64,000 nt of DNA from Candidatus Omnitrophota bacterium (GTDB taxonomy: Bacteria > Omnitrophota > Gorgyraeia > 2-01-FULL-45-10). The notes under the pieces were generated by a model. That model saw only the letters and a list, made by a program, of their open reading frames with translations. It did no database searches and was not told where the DNA came from. Below, one piece after another: positions 28,468 to 38,029 of the stretch; the stretch's first letter is position 1, and every line of letters begins with the position of its first letter. The DNA is taken from contig JBAZKH010000001.1 in assembly GCA_041650935.1 (NCBI GenBank), positions 9,243-73,242 on the forward strand, read 5' to 3'. Both the position numbers and the translations under genes were made by a program.

Positions 28468-29902
28468 ACCGCTAGACCTTCTTATAATAAAACCCGGAAG
28501 CCAGAAGATACTATACGGCGACCTGAGCAGGACTTTATCCGCCCTCGAGCCGCCGCTCTGGGCGGCGCTCCTTGCGGCATTCGTAAGAGACGCAGGTTTT
28601 AGCGTAAAGATTATCGATATGGAGATAGGGCCGGATAGTCTTTTGCCTATCCTGCGGGAAGAGAGTCCGCGTCTTGCGGCTATTGCGGTCTCCGGCACAA
28701 ATCCTTCCGCTTCTACAATGAACATGATAGGAGCCCGGGCGGTCCTGGGAAGTATCAGGCGGTCGAATGCGTCTATCGCGACTATCCTGATGGGTCTGCA
28801 CCCATCCGCTCTGCCGGAGAGGACTCTTAAAGAAGAGCCTGTGGATATGGTCTGCCAGGGCGAAGGTTTTCATACGCTTACGGATATTTTAAGCGGCCGG
28901 GCGAATAAAGGAATAAAAGGGTTGTGGTATAGGGACGGTGACCGTATAAAAAGTAGTCCTATGGCAGAGCTGGCCGACCCGGACAAACTTCCGTCTCCGG
29001 CCTTCGATCTTCTGCCCATGCCAAGCTACAGGGCGCATAATTGGCACAGCTGGACCAATAAGTCGGAGCGTCAGCCGTATGGAGTTATCTATACGAGCCT
29101 GGGATGCCCGTATAACTGCTCTTTCTGCTGTATCAATGCTCTATTCGGCGTCCATAAGATACGGCAGAGGTCTCCGGACCTGGTCATAGAGGATATCGCC
29201 TGCCTCGTCGATAATTACGGGGTCAAAAATATAAAGATAATAGACGAGATGTTCGCTTTCAAGGAAGCGCATGTCGATAAATTGTGCGATCTGATCGTCG
29301 AGCGCGGGTATGACCTGAACATATGGGCCTATGCGAGGGTCGATACGCTTACCAAAGGCATGGTCGGTAAGATGAAGAGCTCCGGCATAAACTGGCTCGC
29401 CCTGGGCTTCGAATCGGGGAGCAAAAAGGTAAGGGACGGTGTTACAAAGGGCAGGTTCGGAAATAAAGAGGTACTCGCCTCCGTCAGGATGATACGGGAT
29501 GCCGGCATCGGTATAATCGGCAACTTCATCTTCGGCCTGCCTAACGACGATATAGATACGATGAACGAGACGCTCGAGATGGCAAAAGAGCTTAATTGCG
29601 AGTATACGAATTTCTACGTCTGTATGGCCTATCCCGGCTCGCGGCTTTACGGCGAGACCGACCCGGCATATCTGCCGGAGTCATGGGAAGGTTATTCGCA
29701 GTTCGGTTACGAGACAAAACCTCTCCCGACGAAATGCCTGCGCCCTGAAGAGGTGCTGGCTTTCAGGGACCGGGCTTTCATAGATTTTTATGGCAGCCGG
29801 CGGTATCAGGATATGATGGCCGCGCGGTTCGGGACGAAGGTGCAGGGCGAGATAAAAAACATGCTTGAATATAAACTGGCCAGGAGACTATTAAGTGTCT
29901 AA
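28457..29902 (+). CDS. cobalamin-binding (class B) radical SAM enzyme #3
   Basis: B12-binding N-domain, SLGCPYNCSFCCI. ATG 28457, with an in-frame TTG at 28451. Confidence 0.75.
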   Translation: MQAKPLDLLIIKPGSQKILYGDLSRTLSALEPPLWAALLAAFVRDAGFSVKIIDMEIGPDSLLPILREESPRLAAIAVSGTNPSASTMNMIGARAVLGSIRRSNASIATILMGLHPSALPERTLKEEPVDMVCQGEGFHTLTDILSGRANKGIKGLWYRDGDRIKSSPMAELADPDKLPSPAFDLLPMPSYRAHNWHSWTNKSERQPYGVIYTSLGCPYNCSFCCINALFGVHKIRQRSPDLVIEDIACLVDNYGVKNIKIIDEMFAFKEAHVDKLCDLIVERGYDLNIWAYARVDTLTKGMVGKMKSSGINWLALGFESGSKKVRDGVTKGRFGNKEVLASVRMIRDAGIGIIGNFIFGLPNDDIDTMNETLEMAKELNCEYTNFYVCMAYPGSRLYGETDPAYLPESWEGYSQFGYETKPLPTKCLRPEEVLAFRDRAFIDFYGSRRYQDMMAARFGTKVQGEIKNMLEYKLARRLLSV

Positions 29903-31130
29903 AAAAAAGCGGAAAGATAATGCGGTGCAGGTTACGTTCGGAACGGTATCTATAGACAATAGATCCAAGCGGCTCGTAAGGGATATACTCGATTCTAACC
30001 GGGTTTCGAGCGGCAGCCATGTCCGCGAGTTCGAAAGAAGGTTCGCCGCGCTTATCGGCGCCAGAGCGGCTGTAGCGCTTAGTTCCGGGACGGATGCCGA
30101 TGCGCTCGCGTTGGCGGTATTGTACGATTTCGGCGCGCGCCGCGGCGACGATATCATAGTCCCGGCGCTATCTTTTGTCGCGACGGGAAATGCCGTCCTG
30201 CAGGCAGGTTTCAACCCCGTCTTCGTCGACGTGGACAGGGGAACGCTCAATATCGACCCCTTGAAGATAGAGTCTGCCATAACGCGGAAGACTAGAGCGA
30301 TAATGCCTGTCCATCTCATGGGCAAGCCGGCGCCGATGGATGAGATAAAAAGGATCGCGCGGCGGCATAAGCTATTCGTCATAGAAGATGCCGCCGAGGC
30401 GCATGGCGCTAAATATAAAGGAAAGAATATCGGTACGCTGGGCGACATGGGGGCATTCAGCCTTTACGTGGCCCACATAATAACGACGATAGAGGGCGGT
30501 GTGGTGGTTACGGACAGGCCTGAGTTTGCGGAGATACTGAGGTCGCTCAGGTCGCACGGCAGGGCCTGTAAGTGCGAAAGGTGCGTCCTGAATATCTCTT
30601 CCGGGTATTGCCCGAAGAGATTCAGCGGAGAGAATAAGGACGACATAAGGTTCGTCTTCGAGAGGATAGGATTTTCGTGCAAGATGAACGAACTGGAGGC
30701 GGCTGTAGGGCTCGGCAATATAGGCAAATACGCAAAGATAGTCGAGGCAAGGAGGCGGAACCTTAAATATCTGATGAAAAAGTTCCGCCGGTTCAGCCCT
30801 TATCTTGCGACGATCAGCGAGGAGCGTTACGAGCGTATCGGCCCTCACGCCTTTCCCGTAATAATACAGGCGGCGGCCGGATTTACAAGGAACGAGATAG
30901 TCGATTACCTCGAAAAAAACGGCGTCGAAACCCGCACGCTATTTTCATCGATGCCGACACAGTGTGCCGGTTTCAAGTACCTGGGATACAAAGAAGGCGA
31001 TTTCCCGAATGCCGAATATATCGGCAATAACGGTTTTCACATTGGTGTGCACCAGGGCCTGAAGCGCTGTCACCTGGATCATTTCCTCGGGCTCGTCGCT
31101 GAATTTTTGGATAGATGCGATAGACGGTAA
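29895..31130 (+). CDS. DegT-fold PLP/PMP-dependent sugar 3-dehydratase-like enzyme (ColD/E1 RfbH-like; His replaces the Schiff-base Lys)
   Basis: GTG start. FSLYVAHIITTIEGG aligns with the aminotransferase FS..aiK.ittgEGG block with H in place of K, as in ColD and CDP-6-deoxy-L-threo-D-glycero-4-hexulose 3-dehydrase. Extra CKCERC...C cysteine cluster. Confidence 0.55.
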   Translation: MSKKKRKDNAVQVTFGTVSIDNRSKRLVRDILDSNRVSSGSHVREFERRFAALIGARAAVALSSGTDADALALAVLYDFGARRGDDIIVPALSFVATGNAVLQAGFNPVFVDVDRGTLNIDPLKIESAITRKTRAIMPVHLMGKPAPMDEIKRIARRHKLFVIEDAAEAHGAKYKGKNIGTLGDMGAFSLYVAHIITTIEGGVVVTDRPEFAEILRSLRSHGRACKCERCVLNISSGYCPKRFSGENKDDIRFVFERIGFSCKMNELEAAVGLGNIGKYAKIVEARRRNLKYLMKKFRRFSPYLATISEERYERIGPHAFPVIIQAAAGFTRNEIVDYLEKNGVETRTLFSSMPTQCAGFKYLGYKEGDFPNAEYIGNNGFHIGVHQGLKRCHLDHFLGLVAEFLDRCDRR

Positions 31131-31134
31131 AATT

Positions 31135-32058
31135 ATGAAAAGAGACTCGAAGATATTGATAATCGGCTGGAAGAGTCCGGTGGGGCAAAGACTCGCGGAA
31201 CGCCTTAAGGCCGATGATTTTAAGCGGATAATTACTATGCCGGAGGGAGGCTTGTCAAGACAGTCTGCCGTCGAGAGATTCTTTAAGAGTAAGAGGCCTC
31301 GCTACGTCTTCTTCATGGATGTCAGGTCGGGAGGGATCGCCGCCAATTCGGCTTATCCGGCGGAATTTATCTATGATAATCTTAGCGCGGAATTGAATGT
31401 GATCCACGCCTCATATAAAACGGGGGTAAAGAGGCTGCTCTTTATGGCCAGCTCCTGCTCATATCCGAAAGCCTGTCTTCAGCCGATGAGAGAAGAGTAT
31501 ATTTTGAGCGGGCCGCTTGAACCTACGAGCGCGGCCTTCGCTATAGCGAAGATAGCGGGGATGAAGATGTGCCAGTATTACAACCGCCAATATGGCACTA
31601 GTTTTGTATGCGTGATCCCGGCTACAGCGTACGGTCCGGGCGATGATTTCGACATCGGAACCTCTCATGTGATCCCGGCGCTTATCCATAAGATACATAG
31701 CGCTAAGACGGGCGGCCGGAGCAGTGTTACCATATGGGGTACGGGATCTCCGCGGCGTGAATTTATCCATGCCGATGACCTGGCTGACGCCGCCATAAAG
31801 ATAATGCTGGATAAGAAAGCCCCGCCGGTTATAAATATAGGTACGGGTCACGACGTTTCTATAAAAGAACTGGCGCTGCTCCTTAAAGATATAACAGGAT
31901 TCAGGGGCAAGCTTAAATTCGACCGCGCAAAACCCGACGGTGCTTACCGTAAACTGCTCGATATATCCAAATTGAAATCTACAGGCTGGATGCCTAGAGT
32001 AGACCTTAGGACAGGCCTTGAAGATCTCTATAAGTGGTACCTGAAGCATGCGGCATAA
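31135..32058 (+). CDS. GDP-L-fucose synthase-like 3,5-epimerase/4-reductase (Fcl/ColC family)
   Basis: About 307 aa SDR with the Fcl-like order (KILIIG..., YAIAKIAG YxxxK, WGTGSPRREF). Confidence 0.6.
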   Translation: MKRDSKILIIGWKSPVGQRLAERLKADDFKRIITMPEGGLSRQSAVERFFKSKRPRYVFFMDVRSGGIAANSAYPAEFIYDNLSAELNVIHASYKTGVKRLLFMASSCSYPKACLQPMREEYILSGPLEPTSAAFAIAKIAGMKMCQYYNRQYGTSFVCVIPATAYGPGDDFDIGTSHVIPALIHKIHSAKTGGRSSVTIWGTGSPRREFIHADDLADAAIKIMLDKKAPPVINIGTGHDVSIKELALLLKDITGFRGKLKFDRAKPDGAYRKLLDISKLKSTGWMPRVDLRTGLEDLYKWYLKHAA

Positions 32059-34207
32059 ATATAAAAGAATCCTCTATATTTGCGCCGCCCTTCTTGTGGC
32101 GGGCATCTTTTTAGCGCTCCTTTACCAACCCATACAGGCTTCTTTCCACGAGCAGGATCTCTGGTGGATGGTCCCCGCGATATCGTCGCTTACGGAGGGC
32201 CGCTCTATCCTGGAAAACCTGAAACTCTTCCTCTTCAATCCATATCCCACGCATCAGGGGGACCCGGGGATGAACATTTATTTAGCGCTGGTGCTCTCGA
32301 CATTCGGTTTCGAGACGAAATATTTTCTTTTTATATTAGTCGCGCTCCATCTCCTCTCGGCGTTTCTCTTCTATACTCTCCTGCGGAGAATGGGACTGGA
32401 ATTCCGGATCGCCTTCTTTTCAGCCATTGTATATCTGGCGACTTTCATCCATTTCAGTTACTATACATGGCCCATGTCGGCCCACCATCTTTTTGTGCTC
32501 TTCCTGAGCCTTGTCATCCTGAACCTGTACTTCGAGACTACCGCAAGGTTCGACGCTAAAGGTAACTGGAAGCCGGTCTACTGGCTTACCATAGGCGTTA
32601 ACTTCCTGGCGCCGTTCTGCCAGATAACGATCCTTCTATTGCCGGCCGCTATCCTCGCCCATATACTCATATCGGCCAAAGACGGCGGGGAGAGGCTCAA
32701 AAAATACGACTTATGGCTGCCGCTGTTCATAACCTATCTGGGTTACCCGGTGATGCGGTTTCTCTGTGTCGGCTATATCCATCTCGAGCGGTTCCTCCAT
32801 TTTGCCAATAATGCGTCGAGAAATATGGCGCTATTCCCGGCGGTCTTTGCGGCAGGGGTCGGCGCGTTATTTATCTTCAGGGGTTTCATAAAATACTCGT
32901 CCAGGTATAAACTGGGCAGGATATTCAAGATCCTGTGCATAGCCGCGGTGGTCCTGTATCTAGCCGTCTTCATTGCGGTCTCCGGCAGAAGCGATCTCAC
33001 CTCGCCCAGCAAGGTCAAACTGCATGACTTCTTGTCGCCATACAATTTTCTCAGACCCTTCGGCATAATGTTCATGAATTTCATATCGCCTATCAGGTCG
33101 GCATTATCCATCGACTCGACGATGACCTACCATATAATACCTCCGCGCGATACCCTCGCCGGTAATTTAATATGCCTCCTGCTTATAGGCATCTTCGTAA
33201 GCAAGTATCTTTTTAAGCATAGAGGGCTCATCGTCTTCCTGCTATTCTATGCCGTTGCCTTGCGCTATATGCGCATATTGACGACCATGCTATATTCCCG
33301 CCACTTCCTTTATGTCACGCCATTATTCGCCGTGGTCTTTTCCGGGTCTTTCGTATATATCTACGACTGGATCATCTCCCGTATCAAGTTGAAGAAGGTA
33401 ATACAGGAGATCGTCCTGGTCATTATCTTCGTCGGGCTTTGCGTTCCGAATATATTTGCGATAAAGACTGCTTTGGCGCGGGGCAGGCTGGTGAATACCT
33501 TTTTGATATACGATTATATCAGGGCGGCCAATATAATTAAGAATGATACCGTTTCCACGCCCGGCCGTATTAACGCGAACGATATATCTATCAAGGGTGT
33601 GGTGCCGATGCCTTTCAATGTCGATGAATACTGGAGCCCCGGGCCCGGCGATCCGTTGAGATTTGCCCCGTTCCGGTATGCCTTCGGGCAGGTCTTTAAC
33701 GACAGGTCTATGGCCGGTATCAATATAAATCGTCCCGCGGCGGCGGGTAGGCCGGCCTATGAGATAAGGGATTTCAGGGTATATGATTCGCATGGCCGGA
33801 ACGTAGACAGGTTTAGTTCTTGCGTCGACGAGGGACTGCAAGAGCTGAGGATGGGAAATGATAAGAAGGCCTTGTCGGCATTTAATGAAGCTATAAAAGT
33901 GCGGCCGTTCCTATTTAAATTTATTCTCCCCGGAGATAAGTTAAGCGATATCGGGTGGATTACAAACGGCACCGATCTTAAGACCTGGATAAAGGATATT
34001 TATAATTATAATAATAATTGTGACGAAGAGTTTTATGTTGCGAAAATTAAATATGTCCAGGCTACGATTACAAGCGAGATAGCCGATTACCTTAAGGCCC
34101 TTTCTTGTGCCGCGTCCCTGGATGAGAAGCTTGGAAGGGCGGCGGAGTCTAAGGAGCTCCTGTCGTATATACGCTATATCGATAGTAATTATTCTATTGA
34201 CAAGTGA
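32048..34207 (+). CDS. polytopic membrane protein with GT-C-like (ArnT/PMT-type) N-terminal domain and C-terminal TPR-like region
   Basis: About 12 TM helices over the first ~470 aa, an early loop with an HEQD acidic motif, and a soluble C-terminus with TPR-like repeats (FNEAIKVRP...). 719 aa. Confidence 0.4.
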   Translation: MRHKYKRILYICAALLVAGIFLALLYQPIQASFHEQDLWWMVPAISSLTEGRSILENLKLFLFNPYPTHQGDPGMNIYLALVLSTFGFETKYFLFILVALHLLSAFLFYTLLRRMGLEFRIAFFSAIVYLATFIHFSYYTWPMSAHHLFVLFLSLVILNLYFETTARFDAKGNWKPVYWLTIGVNFLAPFCQITILLLPAAILAHILISAKDGGERLKKYDLWLPLFITYLGYPVMRFLCVGYIHLERFLHFANNASRNMALFPAVFAAGVGALFIFRGFIKYSSRYKLGRIFKILCIAAVVLYLAVFIAVSGRSDLTSPSKVKLHDFLSPYNFLRPFGIMFMNFISPIRSALSIDSTMTYHIIPPRDTLAGNLICLLLIGIFVSKYLFKHRGLIVFLLFYAVALRYMRILTTMLYSRHFLYVTPLFAVVFSGSFVYIYDWIISRIKLKKVIQEIVLVIIFVGLCVPNIFAIKTALARGRLVNTFLIYDYIRAANIIKNDTVSTPGRINANDISIKGVVPMPFNVDEYWSPGPGDPLRFAPFRYAFGQVFNDRSMAGININRPAAAGRPAYEIRDFRVYDSHGRNVDRFSSCVDEGLQELRMGNDKKALSAFNEAIKVRPFLFKFILPGDKLSDIGWITNGTDLKTWIKDIYNYNNNCDEEFYVAKIKYVQATITSEIADYLKALSCAASLDEKLGRAAESKELLSYIRYIDSNYSIDK

Positions 34208-34223
34208 TGGGCTGGAGTGTAAA

Positions 34224-34247
34224 ATCGTTTAAAACGTTTTAAACAAT
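34224..34247. promoter_or_regulatory. second copy (23/24) of the operator core ATCGTTTAAAACGTTTTAAAC(A/G)AT upstream of the MarR/GbsR-like regulator
   Basis: ATCGTTTAAAACGTTTTAAACAAT matches 18187-18210 except one base. Lies 16 nt upstream of the regulator's start codon. Confidence 0.45.
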
Positions 34248-34263
34248 ACTAAAGCGAGGTAAT

Positions 34264-34758
34264 ATGCATACTAAACTGGAGATGGCTCAGGATAAGTTCA
34301 TAGAGAGTATAGGTGAGCTGGCTGGAAGCATCGGCATCAATAACTTCATCGCACAGCTATATGCGGTGCTCTATCTCAGCGATAAGCCCCTTTCGCTCGA
34401 TGAGATAGTCGAACGCCTTAAGGCAAGTAAGGGGAATATAAGCTTGAATATAAGGGAATTGGAGAAATGGGGCGCGGTAAAGAAAGTGTGGGTTAAGGGC
34501 TCCCGCAAGGATTATTACGAGGCTGAACCGGACGTCAAAAAGGTGGCTGTGAATAAGCTGAAGAACGGTGTCGAGAAGAGGATGGCCCAGGTATCTAATA
34601 TGATAGAAGAGTTTAAGGGGCTTGTCCACTCGGCCGAAAACGATATGACCGAAGAAGATAAGAAGATAGTGAAGGCATACGACCAGAAACTTAAGAAGAT
34701 AGAAGAGATGAAGTCGCTCGTGTCCAAGGCGCTCGGCATTGCCGAGAAATTCTTTTAA
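34264..34758 (+). CDS. winged-helix transcriptional regulator (MarR/GbsR-like)
   Basis: 164 aa. LSLDEIVERLKASKGNISLNIRELEKWG HTH-like segment. gaggt RBS. Preceded by the palindromic motif shared with 18184-18213. Confidence 0.5.
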   Translation: MHTKLEMAQDKFIESIGELAGSIGINNFIAQLYAVLYLSDKPLSLDEIVERLKASKGNISLNIRELEKWGAVKKVWVKGSRKDYYEAEPDVKKVAVNKLKNGVEKRMAQVSNMIEEFKGLVHSAENDMTEEDKKIVKAYDQKLKKIEEMKSLVSKALGIAEKFF

Positions 34759-34769
34759 CGAAAGGCGCG

Positions 34770-35465
34770 ATGAAGAGTTTAGATAAGTGCGGCATAATAA
34801 TCCAGGCGCGCATGTCGTCAAAAAGGTTCTCCGGGAAGATGATGGCCAGGTTATCCGCGGACCCGCTGGTAAAATATGTATACGCCCGGTGCAGGAGATC
34901 CGGGGCCGGCAAGGTCCTGGTGGCTACATCCACGGAGGGTTCCGACGACGTTCTGTATAACTATTGCAAAGCGGAGCGGATACCGGCGATGCGGGGGGAT
35001 ATCGACAACGTCGTAAAAAGATATGCCGACGCCGCCCGCGCGGCAGGCATCGAATATATCTGCAGGGTATGCGGAGATACGCCGTTCGTCGATACGGCGC
35101 TCATAGACGCTCTATTCGATACGCTTATTTCCGGAAAACTCGATTACGCCGCGCCCGACAGGCAGACATGCGCCCCGGGATTCTATTGCGAGACATTTAC
35201 ACTTAAAGCGCTAACGAAGGTTCTCGAGTCGGCTAAATCACCGGATGACCTGGAGCATGTTACGAAGTATATCCTGGATAACAGGGATAAATTTGCGGTG
35301 AAACTTGTGGACGCGGGCCTGAACCCGGACTTCGCAAGGAAGACGAGATTCACGATAGACTACCCGGAAGATATCGAGACCGGAAGAAAGATAGCGGCGA
35401 GGCTTTCGGCCGATTATTCCTTTACTTCACGCGATGTCCTCGAAGCGGTCCGGGAGATCGGGTAA
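34770..35465 (+). CDS. cytidylyltransferase (acylneuraminate/NeuA-PseF-SpsF family)
   Basis: GIIIQARMSSKRFSGK N-terminal CTP-transferase motif. 231 aa. Confidence 0.6.
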   Translation: MKSLDKCGIIIQARMSSKRFSGKMMARLSADPLVKYVYARCRRSGAGKVLVATSTEGSDDVLYNYCKAERIPAMRGDIDNVVKRYADAARAAGIEYICRVCGDTPFVDTALIDALFDTLISGKLDYAAPDRQTCAPGFYCETFTLKALTKVLESAKSPDDLEHVTKYILDNRDKFAVKLVDAGLNPDFARKTRFTIDYPEDIETGRKIAARLSADYSFTSRDVLEAVREIG

Positions 35466-35472
35466 ATTTTAG

Positions 35473-37326
35473 ATGTGCGGGATAGCGGGCTATAAAACAG
35501 GAAGGCGGATAGACGCATCTGCGATAAAGCGTATGGTGAGCGCATTATACCATCGCGGGCCGGATGCCGACGGTTACTATTCGTCCGGCGATTACTGCGC
35601 CGGCATGAGGCGGCTTATGATAAACGACCTTAAGACGGGCAATCAGCCGCTCTTTAACAGGGATAATACTATCGTTCTTTTCTATAACGGGGAGATATAT
35701 AACTCTCCGGAATTGCGCAACGCCCTGGAAACTAAGGGTTACGTCTTCAGGACGCATTCGGACGGCGAGGTCATATGCCACATGTATGAAGAGTACGGCG
35801 AGGGCCTCTTCGAGCGGCTTGACGGTATGTTTGCCGTTGCGCTGTGGCTGGAGAAGGAAAAGCGCCTGATACTGGCAAGGGATATACCCGGCGAGAAGCC
35901 GTTATATTATGCCGCGCTCTCAGCCACCGATATTGTTTTCAGCTCGGAGATAAAGAGTATCAAGCTATTCCCCGCGCTCGACCTGGAGCTTGACCGCCAG
36001 GCGATATGGGACTTCCCGACGTTTCTATGGATACCGGAACCGCAGACTATATACAGGTCGGTCCGCGCGCTCATGCCCGGGCATATACTCATCGCCGACA
36101 GCGCCGGCATAAAGATAAGACCTTACGCCAACATTTTTAACAGGCGCCGCGCAAAGACAGATGCCGCGTCCCTTGTTGATGAGACGAGGGTAGTGGTCGA
36201 AAATGCCGTAAAGAGCCGGCTCTTATCCGATGTACCCGTCGGATCTTTTTTAAGCAGCGGGCTCGACAGTTCCATAGTGACGACGCTGGCCGCCCGCAAC
36301 GTAGGCGAGCTGGCGACTTTTACCATAGGGTTCGAGGATGTGGCAGACCCGTACCACGGACATGCCGATGAGTCCGCTCATGCCGAGGCCTACGCGCGTA
36401 AGTTAGGCACAAAACACACTACGATAAGAGTAAAAGCCGGCGACTTCCTCGAATCTCTCGACACCTTTTGCAAATACGGGGACCAGCCGTTTGCCGTCTC
36501 TTCGGGGCTGGGACTGCTTGCCGTGGCAAAGTCGGCCAGGGCGGCCGGCGTGAAGGTCCTCCTTTCCGGCGACGGCGCCGACGAGATCTTCGGAGGGTAC
36601 TCCTGGTACAGCTGTTTAAGCGCTTCGCGGGAAGGGGAAGCTTATCCAGACGATTCCGGCGCAGATGTATCTTTTCAGAATTTCGGGACGGATATAAAAA
36701 CCCGTCTGGATATCATAAATAATTACCCGCCGCAGTTAAAGGCGTGGGCGTGGCACTATTACGCTTCGGAAAACGAAAAGAAGCGGCTATTTTCCCGGGA
36801 GATATCCGGCGCGGTCGATTCGTCCCTGCGTTTCTTCCGGCAGTTTAAGCCGCAGGGCGGCTGGACGAGGGAAGATTACATAAAGCAGGACAGGTTGTTC
36901 TATCTTCCGAACGAGATGCTGAAGAAAGTCGACAGGATGACCATGGCATACTCTATCGAGGGCCGGGCGCCGTTTGTGGCGCCGGAAGTTCTTTCGCACG
37001 CGGATAAGCTTAAATATGAGCACCTGATAAGAGGGGATGAATTGAAGTGGGTCCTGCGCCGGGCATTCGCGGACATACTGCCGCAGGATATCATTGCGCG
37101 GCCCAAGCACGGTTTCAACGTTCCGATAGATCACTGGTTGAAGAACGATTGGTCCGTCCTGATGGAGGAAGCCTTCTCCGGGACTTCCGCGCTTTCCAGG
37201 GCCGGTATAATAAGCGGCAAGTCCCTGGATGTGGCGAGGAATATGGTAAACGATAAGGTGAGGTTGAGCGGCCACACGATATTTACGTATATTATGTTAA
37301 ATTGGTGGCTCGAAAGGTATAACTGA
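35473..37326 (+). CDS. asparagine synthase (glutamine-hydrolysing) family amidotransferase (AsnB/WbpS-like)
   Basis: MCGIAGY N-terminal nucleophile Cys2, SGGLDSS PP-loop. 617 aa. Confidence 0.8.
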   Translation: MCGIAGYKTGRRIDASAIKRMVSALYHRGPDADGYYSSGDYCAGMRRLMINDLKTGNQPLFNRDNTIVLFYNGEIYNSPELRNALETKGYVFRTHSDGEVICHMYEEYGEGLFERLDGMFAVALWLEKEKRLILARDIPGEKPLYYAALSATDIVFSSEIKSIKLFPALDLELDRQAIWDFPTFLWIPEPQTIYRSVRALMPGHILIADSAGIKIRPYANIFNRRRAKTDAASLVDETRVVVENAVKSRLLSDVPVGSFLSSGLDSSIVTTLAARNVGELATFTIGFEDVADPYHGHADESAHAEAYARKLGTKHTTIRVKAGDFLESLDTFCKYGDQPFAVSSGLGLLAVAKSARAAGVKVLLSGDGADEIFGGYSWYSCLSASREGEAYPDDSGADVSFQNFGTDIKTRLDIINNYPPQLKAWAWHYYASENEKKRLFSREISGAVDSSLRFFRQFKPQGGWTREDYIKQDRLFYLPNEMLKKVDRMTMAYSIEGRAPFVAPEVLSHADKLKYEHLIRGDELKWVLRRAFADILPQDIIARPKHGFNVPIDHWLKNDWSVLMEEAFSGTSALSRAGIISGKSLDVARNMVNDKVRLSGHTIFTYIMLNWWLERYN

Positions 37327-37328
37327 TA

Positions 37329-38027
37329 ATGGAAATAATCGCAGAGATAGGGCAGAATCATAATGGCGAGATGGATCTGGCTATGATGATGATCCACAGC
37401 GCGAAAGCCGCCGGGGCAGATGCGGTAAAATTTCAGCTTTATGAGGCCAGGAAATTATTCCCCAGGGCCAATAATCCGTGGTTTAAATATAATTGCAAGA
37501 CGGAACTCTCGCGCGACCAGGTCCGCCGCCTTGCCCGGACCTGCAAGTCTGTCGGGATAGAATTTCTTGCCTCGGTCTTCGATACGGAACGCGTCAAATG
37601 GCTCGAAGATGTAGGGGTGAAGCGCCACAAAGTAGCGTCGAGGTCCATCCGCGATAAGAAACTGATTGCCGCGCTCTGCCGCACGAAAAAACCATTGCTT
37701 GTGTCGCTGGGGATGTGGAGCGGGAAGGGATTCCCCGAGATACCCGCAAAAAGCGGCCTCCAATTCCTATACTGCGTCTCAAAATATCCGGCAAAGCTTT
37801 CCGATCTCAACCTTACGAAAGTCGATTTTAACAAATATGCCGGGTTCAGCGACCATACCGTCGGGATATCCGCGGCAATGGCGGCGCTCGCGCGCGGCGC
37901 CGGGATAATAGAGAAACATTTTACACTCGATAAGAATCTTTACGGGCCCGACCACGGATGCAGTATGACGCCGGACGAGCTCAAAGCGCTTAACCGTTTT
38001 CGTAAGGACCTCGGGAGGCTCTTGTAA
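37329..38027 (+). CDS. NeuB-family (sialic-acid-synthase-like) TIM-barrel protein lacking the C-terminal SAF domain
   Basis: IIAEIGQNHNG...AVKFQ...IEKHFTLDK...GPDH match the NeuB/PseI catalytic barrel. Ends at 232 aa, whereas canonical NeuB is ~340 aa with a SAF domain. Confidence 0.55.
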   Translation: MEIIAEIGQNHNGEMDLAMMMIHSAKAAGADAVKFQLYEARKLFPRANNPWFKYNCKTELSRDQVRRLARTCKSVGIEFLASVFDTERVKWLEDVGVKRHKVASRSIRDKKLIAALCRTKKPLLVSLGMWSGKGFPEIPAKSGLQFLYCVSKYPAKLSDLNLTKVDFNKYAGFSDHTVGISAAMAALARGAGIIEKHFTLDKNLYGPDHGCSMTPDELKALNRFRKDLGRLL

Positions 38028-38029
38028 CC

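Noticed and set aside
36468-36722. + strand 84 aa ORF inside the asnB-like gene (MQIRGPAVCRLFGAGTACRGK...)
   Set aside because: Alternative frame within a strongly supported CDS, with Arg/Gly-rich composition.
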